Assembly: GCA_040905565.1 (NCBI GenBank)
Contig: JBBDRF010000064.1
Location: 1 to 22,384 of the forward strand
Length of the DNA: 22,384 nucleotides
Reading direction: 5' to 3'
DNA from: Phycisphaeraceae bacterium
GTDB taxonomy: Bacteria; Planctomycetota; Phycisphaerae; Phycisphaerales; Zrk34
The notes beneath the pieces are model-generated. The model saw nothing but the letters and a program-made list of their open reading frames with translations. It was not told the DNA's origin and searched no databases. This document shows positions 1 to 6,934 of this stretch, one piece after another. Position 1 is the stretch's first letter, and every line of letters begins with the position of its first letter. The position numbers were made by a program, and so were the translations under genes.

Positions 1-12
1 GGCGTGCTGACG

Positions 13-52
13 CTCTGCCGTCGCTGAAAGGCGGCGGCGGAGTTTTCCTTTT
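13..52 (+). terminator. Rho-independent terminator of a gene ending at or before the left edge
   Basis: 13-bp stem CTCTGCCGTCGCT (13-25) / GGCGGCGGCGGAG (30-42) with three G-U pairs, GAAA tetraloop, then TTTTCCTTTT (43-52). A TGA at 8-10 lies just upstream. Confidence 0.75.
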
Positions 53-91
53 GTGAGGGTTAAGCAATGGGGCAATCGCGGAACTAAGGCG

Positions 92-568
92 TCAGTCGTC
101 GATGCAGAACTTGGCGAGCTTCCGGCTCCACTTCGACGCGAAGCTGTCCATGCCGTCGATGCCGGAGGCAAAGTCGGAAATGTGCGAATCCAAGGCATCC
201 GCCGCTTCCGATATCGCCTCTTTCGTCGGCTCCGTTGTAGCCAACTGAAACAGAAAATCCGCAATCTCATCGGCGCGTTGCGCGAAGTGCTTTCGCCCAA
301 CCCGGATGGCAAGCTTGGTAGCTCGGGATTCGACCGTTTCGAGATCTTCAATGCTTCGCCATGCCGCGTTGAGGCCCGCAAGAGTGTGGTACTTGGGCAG
401 CGAAAGAACCACCTTGAGGCCTTCGAGCAACTCCCAATCTTCCCCACCGGGGTGATCGCGATGGAGCACCTCTATCGCGCGGTCAATGTCGCGTTCTGGC
501 ATGTCCGGGCTAATGGCCTCAATGATCCGCTTCGTGAAGCCGTGAGCCGTGAGCAGGGCTTTGTCCAT
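92..568 (-). CDS. Hypothetical protein, 158 aa, acidic and helical-looking
   Basis: ATG-started ORF with natural amino-acid composition (MDKALLTAHGFTKRIIEAISPDMPERDIDRAIEVL...). It converges on the terminator at 13-52. No recognisable motif. Confidence 0.65.
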   Translation of the reverse strand: MDKALLTAHGFTKRIIEAISPDMPERDIDRAIEVLHRDHPGGEDWELLEGLKVVLSLPKYHTLAGLNAAWRSIEDLETVESRATKLAIRVGRKHFAQRADEIADFLFQLATTEPTKEAISEAADALDSHISDFASGIDGMDSFASKWSRKLAKFCIDD

Positions 569-784
569 AGTTTGAACGGTACACTACCAGCCCCGTAGGG
601 ACAAACCGCTGTGGTGCCGCTGGGCTGGGCGGCATCGAAATCGACGAGGCGGCATGGGAATTAACCTACAGCTTGTCCGCGCCTGCCCCCCGCGGCGCTG
701 GGTGCAGGCGCGGGAATCCCTCGTAATTTTCTGATGATCGCTATAGACTAAACGAACTTCTTGTTTGTAGTCCGAGGTAGCACA

Positions 785-1231
785 ATGCCTGAATACGTGG
801 TCCGTGGCGTCGATCGTGACAGCGGTTTCGATACAGAGATGCGTGTGTATGCCGAAACCGAAGGCAACGCACGCGTCAAAGCAGAACTCAGGGGCATGGC
901 CGTCGCTGACGTCGAGCCCGCAGGAGGCAGCCGAGCGGCCGCGCTGGACCATCTTGGTGCGACCGTCGCTGCGCCCCGTCGACGCGGCCACCGCAGGCGA
1001 CGAGGCCGCCGCGTCCAGACAATCGAGAAGACGGCGAAGCAGTGGAAGCTGATGCAACTCGTCGGCGTCCTGATGATCCTGATAACAATCACCGGCTGCA
1101 TGATCGCCATGAGCACGAGCGAGCCGGGGGGCGAGCCAAGTGCCGCATTGCCCATCAACATGTTGCTCTTCTTCGTGGGCGTTTGCCTCTGGATCGCTGG
1201 CCGACTAGGTGCGTGGTGGTATCACGCGTGA
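785..1231 (+). CDS. Hypothetical membrane protein, 148 aa, two C-terminal TM helices
   Basis: GAGG at 774-777 before ATG 785. Soluble N-terminus MPEYVVRGVDRDSG..., Arg-rich linker, hydrophobic segments LVGVLMILITITGCMIAM and INMLLFFVGVCLWIAGRLGAWWY. Confidence 0.75.
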   Translation: MPEYVVRGVDRDSGFDTEMRVYAETEGNARVKAELRGMAVADVEPAGGSRAAALDHLGATVAAPRRRGHRRRRGRRVQTIEKTAKQWKLMQLVGVLMILITITGCMIAMSTSEPGGEPSAALPINMLLFFVGVCLWIAGRLGAWWYHA

Positions 1232-1451
1232 GCCTACTTCAACCCCGCATCTGTAGCACAGCAGCCGAAGCCCAAGCGGCAGACGTAGCAGGCCGTCGAG
1301 CAGTGACTCAGCGGTGTCGGAAATGATCCAAGCCCTCGCAAGACTTCCCACAATCCCCGACTGCCGCGTCAAGGTGCAGCCGGTAGAGCATCGGCATCAA
1401 AAGCGCACCGGCCGTGCGCATTCTCAACATCGCAAAACCCCAGCCTCGCAG

Positions 1452-1772
1452 CTACTCCGACCAGCATAGAGCCAAAGCGAACGCAACGGCGGTCAGCAGC
1501 GCGTAGATGGTAAGAGGCGCTAGCTGCGTACGTGTGATTTGCTTGCGAATCTCGGCGAGTTGCGGCTCAACCGCCTTGCGGTGCCGATGCTCCCCTTCAA
1601 GATGGTAAGCTTGAGGACTTCCAGCTTTCGCAAGGGGCGGCGGGTTGTACCTGGCAACAGCGTCGCGCTTTGCCTTCAGCGCTTCCGTCCGACGGTCGCA
1701 CAGGGTCTTCACCTCATCAACTGTTTGTTTCAACAGGACGCCGGCGACGAGAAAAAGTAGCGAACTTGCCAT
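1452..1772 (-). CDS. Hypothetical small membrane protein, about 106 aa
   Basis: From ATG 1772: hydrophobic N-terminus (MASSLLFLVAGVLL), charged helical middle, C-terminal TM (LTIYALLTAVAFALALCW). The start is uncertain and no SD is visible. Confidence 0.45.
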   Translation of the reverse strand: MASSLLFLVAGVLLKQTVDEVKTLCDRRTEALKAKRDAVARYNPPPLAKAGSPQAYHLEGEHRHRKAVEPQLAEIRKQITRTQLAPLTIYALLTAVAFALALCWSE

Positions 1773-1823
1773 TGTTTTTGCTGGTTGTGGCTGGGCGGAT
1801 GCAGGTGGAGGGCTTCGCGGCAA

Positions 1824-1845
1824 GGTAGCACCGGGGTAGCACCGG
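1824..1845. repeat. Tandem 11-bp direct repeat GGTAGCACCGG x2, candidate integrase arm-type sites
   Basis: GGTAGCACCGG at 1824-1834 and 1835-1845, about 50 bp from the tRNA-Pro 3' end. The repeat is directly visible; the function is inferred. Confidence 0.6.
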
Positions 1846-1895
1846 GCCATTTTGCTGGGTTGTGGCCGGAAACGTAAACCTTTGCTATTACTGAA

Positions 1896-1970
<75 letters not shown>

Positions 1971-1980
1971 GTGGCTGCGT

Positions 1981-2009
1981 ATCCTACTCTGCGTCTGCGT
2001 GCGAAACAA
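1981..2009 (-). promoter_or_regulatory. Sigma70-like promoter of tRNA-Pro
   Basis: Minus strand TTGTTT (2009-2004), 17-bp spacer, TAGGAT (1986-1981), ending 11 nt before the mature tRNA 5' end. Confidence 0.55.
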
Positions 2010-2492
2010 TCAGGTTGATTCCCGGCTCGGCGGGGGCGGCGTCGAGCGGAGCTGCCATTCCTGCTTAAAGCCGAAGCGGACGCTGTTGTCGATCAGGCGG
2101 GCCCAATGTGGCGTGAGCTGATAGAACCGCTGCGAGCGAGCACGTTCTTCCATGCCCGTTGCATAGGGAAACTTCTCGCAGAATCTTGTCCATAGCAGCT
2201 CGAAACGATCGGCAGAGACCAACACGGCATGGCCGTGCAACTGCACGCCTCGGATCTCCGCAGGATCAGCGAACGGCGGGTAAGCCGTGGCCGCGACGCG
2301 AGGATGACCAGCCAAGTGTTGAGAATGGGCGGAATCGGGGCTTGAGAGCCAATAGAGATTCAATTGCTCATCGCCGACGAAGTTGACGTTTGCCGCGTGA
2401 GGCTGATCGGCGGCATCGACGGTCGCCAGCGAAAGCGTGGTGGCCTGCTCAAGTAATCGGCGAAGTTGTTCGGGGGCGGTGGTCATCGGCAT
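2010..2492 (-). CDS. Pyridoxamine 5'-phosphate oxidase-like FMN split-barrel protein (YhbP/UPF0306-like)
   Basis: Motifs TLSLATVDAADQPHAANVNF, LYWLSSPDSAHSQHLAGHPRVAAT, IRGVQLHGHA, RLIDNSVRFGFK. Start at ATG 2492 or 2486; the longer ORF to 2684 overlaps the kinase gene. Confidence 0.85.
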   Translation of the reverse strand: MPMTTAPEQLRRLLEQATTLSLATVDAADQPHAANVNFVGDEQLNLYWLSSPDSAHSQHLAGHPRVAATAYPPFADPAEIRGVQLHGHAVLVSADRFELLWTRFCEKFPYATGMEERARSQRFYQLTPHWARLIDNSVRFGFKQEWQLRSTPPPPSREST

Positions 2493-2539
2493 AGGGCCAA
2501 TCGTACACGCGCTGGGCATGACCTGGAAATCGCGAGGGT

Positions 2540-4051
2540 CTAGCCACGTGGGATTTCGATCGTCATGCAGCAGCCGCCGGCCGGCCGGACCGAAGCCTTC
2601 AACTCCCCCTCCCAGATCAATAGCCTTTCGCGAATGCTGCGTAGGCCGAGCCCCGCTTCCTCGTTTATGTGTTGCTGCGAGCATCCCACCCCATCATCTT
2701 CGACCGTGACCTGAATATGCCCCTCCCCCGTGGACCTCACCTTAATCCAGGCCTTGGATGCCTGAGCGTGCTTGACGACGTTGAACAGCAGTTCCCGCAC
2801 CATCTGAAACAGGGTGTCCTGAATGTCTTCAGGGATTTCTTTCGCCACGCCTTCGTCAGCCTCGATTACAACTTTTAGCTGATAGCGATCGCGCATGTTA
2901 TCTGCGAGCCAATGCAGCGCGGCAACCAGACCGCGGTCCCGCAGCATCTTCGGATTCAGCTCGTGCGAGAGCGACCGTGCCGAATCGATAGCCGCGTTAA
3001 CCAGTTTCCGTACTTCTTGGACGATTGGTGCCTCGTCAGGCGGTGGATGAATCTGCTGAACGCGCATATTCGCTGCGACGAGTAACTGCTGAAGATCGTC
3101 GTGCAGCACCTGCCCCAGGCGTTCGCGCTCAAGCTTTTCAACTTCGTGTAGATGCTCGGTGAGCCGCTGCAGCTTTTCGGCGCGCTGTTGCGATTCGGCC
3201 GTCGCTTGCTCAACCCGTTTCTGAAGTTCCTTGGCGCGTTCCTCACGCTCGATCTCGAGGCGATGGCGATCGGTGAGGTCGCGCATGATCTTCATGAGGC
3301 CGTGGGGTTGACCGTCGCGACGCAACGGCATCACCAGACCACTGCCCCAGAACAGGCTGCCGTCTTTTCGCAGGTGCCAGCGTTCATTTTCCGCCCGGCC
3401 TGTCTCCAGCGCCAGTCGCAACTCGCGGTCGGCAGCACCGCTTTCGCGGTCTTCCTTGGTGAAGATGATGCGGGCATCCTTGCCGAGAATCTCCGACGCC
3501 TCATACCCGAGCAGCCGCTGGGCGCCGCCGTTCCATCCGTTTACTTTCCCGTCCAGATCCATGGTGATGATGGCGAACTCGACTGCGTTATCGAAGATCG
3601 TCCGCAGTTGCTGCTCACGTTCGCGCAGCTTTTCCTCCGCCTGTTTGCGCTCGGTGATGTCCTTCATGGCCAGAAGGATGATCGGCTTTTCGGCCTGCGC
3701 CACCCCGCCGATCGTGTGCCTGCTGGCGTTGAGCAACATGGTGCGCCGGCCGAGGCTCTCGAAGTCGTGATCAATTTCGTAGCTCTTGAACGATTTGCCA
3801 CCGCTTGCCGTGGCCTCGAGGCATTGGCGAATCTCGGAGCTGTTCCAGGCGCCGTCGTGCAATTCGAAAAACGAGCGACCAATAACCTGCTCACGTGGCG
3901 ACTCGAACGCGTCGCAGAACGCATCGTTCGCCATGCTGACGCGGAAGTCCTCGTCGAGCACCAGCAAAGGGTCCAGGACAGCTTGTAAGATTGGCGTCCC
4001 AAGTGTTGCGCCCCCTCTGCTTTCGTCAGCTTCGCGCCGCTCCGAAGTCAT
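2540..4051 (-). CDS. Cytoplasmic PAS-PAS sensor histidine kinase (HisKA_3/NarX-UhpB class)
   Basis: PAS1 (DPLLVLDEDFRVSMANDAF), PAS2/PAC (AIITMDLDGKVNGWNGGAQRLLGY...WHLRKDGSLFWGSG), H-box ERERLGQVLHDDLQQLL, N-box ELLFNVVKHA, G1 DDGVG, G2 GLGL. No TM segment. Start ATG 4051 or GTG 4057. Confidence 0.93.
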   Translation of the reverse strand: MTSERREADESRGGATLGTPILQAVLDPLLVLDEDFRVSMANDAFCDAFESPREQVIGRSFFELHDGAWNSSEIRQCLEATASGGKSFKSYEIDHDFESLGRRTMLLNASRHTIGGVAQAEKPIILLAMKDITERKQAEEKLREREQQLRTIFDNAVEFAIITMDLDGKVNGWNGGAQRLLGYEASEILGKDARIIFTKEDRESGAADRELRLALETGRAENERWHLRKDGSLFWGSGLVMPLRRDGQPHGLMKIMRDLTDRHRLEIEREERAKELQKRVEQATAESQQRAEKLQRLTEHLHEVEKLERERLGQVLHDDLQQLLVAANMRVQQIHPPPDEAPIVQEVRKLVNAAIDSARSLSHELNPKMLRDRGLVAALHWLADNMRDRYQLKVVIEADEGVAKEIPEDIQDTLFQMVRELLFNVVKHAQASKAWIKVRSTGEGHIQVTVEDDGVGCSQQHINEEAGLGLRSIRERLLIWEGELKASVRPAGGCCMTIEIPRG

Positions 4052-4245
4052 CCTCACCCCTTCGTAAGCATCAGTTGAAGCATATTGTAGGCGGACGATC
4101 GGGGCGACGAGCCTGCGGCAGTGGCGCGGCGGCTTGATGAACCGTCGCTGCCGAGCAACTTTGAACCGTTACGGCGCAATAGGTTGTTGCGGGACATCAT
4201 CAACAGGCGGCGGACATGCCGGAGGCCCAGCAGCCAGCGGCGTGC

Positions 4246-5493
4246 TCACTCCGCGGGCAACGCGATGGTCACTTCCGCGTCGAAAATCGATCGGGGATCG
4301 CCACGTTCGCTGAGCGTGCGGGCCATGGTGCCGATGGTGCGCTGAAGCTCGACTTCCTTCAGCGTCTCGCCCTGGTACACGATCTCCACCGGCCGATCGA
4401 GGTTGAGCATCTCGTCATTCAACCGCACCTTCAACTGGGGGACATCGCTGGATTCGATCTCGATGCGCTGCCCCTCATAACCGGCCACGATTTTCGTCCC
4501 GCCCTTACGATGTTGATCGTCGACCGCCAGCCAGTAGAACCGCGGATGCGTCACGTTGCTCTGCACCCAGACCACGCGGTTCGGCACGGGATTGCGATCG
4601 AACTTTGCCATCCAGGGCAGTGCACTGCGATCCTCCCGCTGCATCCAATGGCCGTGCTCAGGGTAGATCTCGACCCAGTGTTCATAGCCCTCGGGGTCGG
4701 ATTCCTGCAACTTCGCCAGCCGCTCTTTCCACTGCCCCGCGATGGCATTGCGGTCGTATGCTGCGTCTTTGCCGCCCATGTGCAACGTGAATCCGATGTT
4801 GCGAAGCCCCTCCGGCCGGGCGTCGTTGGGATGGCCCGCCATCATCGCCGCCGCCGCGAGTCGGTCCGCCATTCGCGGGGCAAGTTGATACACCCCGTCG
4901 CCGCCCGCCGAGTAGCCCATGATGTACACGCGGTCGGGGTTGACGACATCCATCGCGATCATCGTTTCGATGAGGCGATCGAAGAGCTTGTCGATGTGAG
5001 GCTCGTGCCAGAGGTTCCAGGTATTCGTCGGCGCCCGCGGTGCGACGTACACGCCTTCCTTCGGCTGGTACAGCCGCTTCTGATTTTCCCACTGCTGATC
5101 GTTGACCTGCGCCGGAGCCCCACCGCCGCCGTGCATTGAGATGAACAGGCTGTAACCGTTCGCAGGTTTCTTGCCGTAGACCGCGTGGAAGAAGGGCATT
5201 TCGACGCCGTCGACTTTGATCACGCCCCCCTGCATCTCCGGACCGCGTGACCCACGAATGGCGTCGACGTGATCCTCATAAAGCAGCTGCCGGACCTGCT
5301 TCGCCCGCTGCCGGCTCAACGGCACGTCCGCAAACGGCTGCTCAGCAAGATCGGGCCGACTGTTGCGATCCTGTTGCAGGTAAGTCCGCAAGGCCCCCAC
5401 CGCATCGCCGGCCTCGTCGGCGAGCGTTGCCGCCGGTCCACCCAGCAAGACCGCACACGCCCCCAACAAGACCCACAGGCACGTCCGACGCAT
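4246..5493 (-). CDS. Secreted alpha/beta-hydrolase (esterase/depolymerase-like), substrate unknown
   Basis: Signal peptide MRRTCLWVLLGACAVLLGGPAATLA-DEA, oxyanion motif MHGGGG, nucleophile elbow GYSAGG, candidate Asp (GGKD) and His (HGHW). Confidence 0.85.
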   Translation of the reverse strand: MRRTCLWVLLGACAVLLGGPAATLADEAGDAVGALRTYLQQDRNSRPDLAEQPFADVPLSRQRAKQVRQLLYEDHVDAIRGSRGPEMQGGVIKVDGVEMPFFHAVYGKKPANGYSLFISMHGGGGAPAQVNDQQWENQKRLYQPKEGVYVAPRAPTNTWNLWHEPHIDKLFDRLIETMIAMDVVNPDRVYIMGYSAGGDGVYQLAPRMADRLAAAAMMAGHPNDARPEGLRNIGFTLHMGGKDAAYDRNAIAGQWKERLAKLQESDPEGYEHWVEIYPEHGHWMQREDRSALPWMAKFDRNPVPNRVVWVQSNVTHPRFYWLAVDDQHRKGGTKIVAGYEGQRIEIESSDVPQLKVRLNDEMLNLDRPVEIVYQGETLKEVELQRTIGTMARTLSERGDPRSIFDAEVTIALPAE

Positions 5494-5646
5494 CAGAATC
5501 TTGTCCACAGATCGCCTCGCTTTTCGGTATCCGGAAGATCGGGGAACGCCGCCGCCGATGCTGGGCAGCATGACACGTCAATGATACGACGCCTTTTATA
5601 GTCCCTCAAGGTAAATCAGCGAAGCTGCGGGTCCCCACCACCGCGC

Positions 5647-5691
5647 TTGACGATCCGACGCGGCTGCCTATACTTCGATGATTGTGGAAAT
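5647..5691 (+). promoter_or_regulatory. ars operon sigma70 promoter with overlapping putative ArsR operator
   Basis: -35 TTGACG (5647-5652), 16-bp spacer, -10 TATACT (5669-5674). Imperfect palindrome ACTTCGATGATTGTGGAAAT (5672-5691) spans the start site. SD GAGGA at 5692-5696. Confidence 0.75.
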
Positions 5692-5703
5692 GAGGAATCA
5701 TTC

Positions 5704-6081
5704 ATGCGCGACCTTCTCACCATCTCCAAAGCCTTGAACGACGAGACCCGCATTCGCCTGCTCTCCGCCCTGCGCGACGGCGAGCTTTGCGTTTGCCAGG
5801 TGGTCGAACTGTTGGAGCTGGCGCCTTCGACTGTTTCCCGCCACCTTGATCTGCTGCACCAGGCCCGGCTGGTTGAACGGCGGAAGGATGGGCGCTGGCA
5901 CTACTACCGCCTTGCTGCCGGCCGTGATGTGCCGGCTGTCGTTCGGCAGGCGCTGCGATGGGTGCTTTCGAATGTGGATGAAGAGAAGGTCATTGTCACT
6001 GACGCCAAGCGTTTGTGCTGTATTCGCGAGAAAACCCCTGAGGAGCTGACATCGTGCTATCGAACCCCGGCGAAAAACTGA
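5704..6081 (+). CDS. arsR: ArsR/SmtB family As(III)-responsive repressor
   Basis: KALNDETRIRLL...GELCVCQVVELLELAPSTVSRHLDLL...RKDGRWHYYRL is a winged HTH with the ELCVC metal box. First gene of the ars cluster. Confidence 0.93.
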   Translation: MRDLLTISKALNDETRIRLLSALRDGELCVCQVVELLELAPSTVSRHLDLLHQARLVERRKDGRWHYYRLAAGRDVPAVVRQALRWVLSNVDEEKVIVTDAKRLCCIREKTPEELTSCYRTPAKN

Positions 6082-6506
6082 ACGTGCTCTTTCTTTGCAC
6101 CGGCAATTCCTGCCGCAGCCAAATGGCTGAAGGTTGGGCACGCGATCTGAAAGGCGACACGATCGAAGCCTACTCGGCCGGCATCGAAAAGCACGGGCTC
6201 AATCAGAACGCGTTGAAGGTGATGAAAGAAGGCGGCGTCGACATCGGCGAGCATTACAGCAAAACGCTGGATGATCTGACCGACGTGAAATTCGATTACG
6301 TGGTGACCGTGTGTGGCCACGCGCATGAGACGTGCCCGATGTTCCCGGGCGAAGCGGTGGTGATCCATCACGGTTTCGACGATCCGCCGAAGCTCGCCGC
6401 AAACGAAACCGACCCCGAGCGAGCCCTCGACCACTACCGCCGCGTTCGCGACGAGATTCGTCGCTTTGTGGAAACCCTGCCCGAATCACTGACCGCTCGC
6501 GTCTGA
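6054..6506 (+). CDS. arsC: Thioredoxin-coupled arsenate reductase (LMW-PTP fold)
   Basis: P-loop VLFLCTGNSCRSQMAEG, redox Cys pair VTVCGHAHETCP, FDDP motif. GTG start with SD GAGGAG (6040-6045) inside arsR. Confidence 0.95.
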   Translation: MLSNPGEKLNVLFLCTGNSCRSQMAEGWARDLKGDTIEAYSAGIEKHGLNQNALKVMKEGGVDIGEHYSKTLDDLTDVKFDYVVTVCGHAHETCPMFPGEAVVIHHGFDDPPKLAANETDPERALDHYRRVRDEIRRFVETLPESLTARV

Positions 6507-6526
6507 GCGAGCCGAAGGAGTCGATG

Positions 6527-6907
6527 ATGCGAATCGAAGTTTACGATCCCCCGATGTGCTGTTCCACGGGTGTTTGCGGGACTGACGCCGACGATGCACT
6601 CGTGCGCTTCGCTGCGGACCTTGACTGGCTTGCCAGGCAGGGCGTGGAGGTGCGGCGATACAACCTGAGCCAGGAACCGCAGGCGTTCACCGGCAACGAG
6701 CATGTGGCGCGTCTGTTAAACGAGACGGCCGGGGAGGCGCTGCCGGTGATCCTCGCCGATGGTCAGGTCGTGAGTCAGTCGGTTTATCCGACGCGTGATC
6801 AGCTGGGCGGGTTCGCCGGTCTGGGCGGAGCCGCTTCGTCGCTGATTCAACTCGGTGGCGAATCCGATGCCGACGAAGGCTGCTGCGGCCCCAGCGGCTG
6901 CTGCTGA
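6527..6907 (+). CDS. arsD: Arsenite metallochaperone ArsD
   Basis: IEVYDPPMCCSTGVCG, RYNLSQEPQAF, YPTRDQL, Cys-rich tail CCGPSGCC. SD AAGGAG at 6515-6520. Confidence 0.96.
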   Translation: MRIEVYDPPMCCSTGVCGTDADDALVRFAADLDWLARQGVEVRRYNLSQEPQAFTGNEHVARLLNETAGEALPVILADGQVVSQSVYPTRDQLGGFAGLGGAASSLIQLGGESDADEGCCGPSGCC

Positions 6908-6934
6908 ATCCCCCTTCAAGAAAGAGGTCGCGTG

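Noticed and set aside
53..598. 181-aa plus-strand ORF
   Set aside because: It is antisense to 92-568, which has the more protein-like composition, and it starts right after a plus-strand terminator.
1232..1451. Short ORFs (under 50 aa) and a GCGCAC/GTGCGC hairpin between convergent genes
   Set aside because: No SD or motif supports the ORFs, and the 6-bp stem has no U-tail.
2493..2684. N-terminal extension of the PPOX-like ORF
   Set aside because: It overlaps the kinase 3' end; the recognisable domain and a -10 box point to a start at 2492 or 2486.
6332..6526. N-terminal extension of the arsD ORF
   Set aside because: It overlaps arsC; the strong SD and the ArsD motif put the start at 6524 or 6527.
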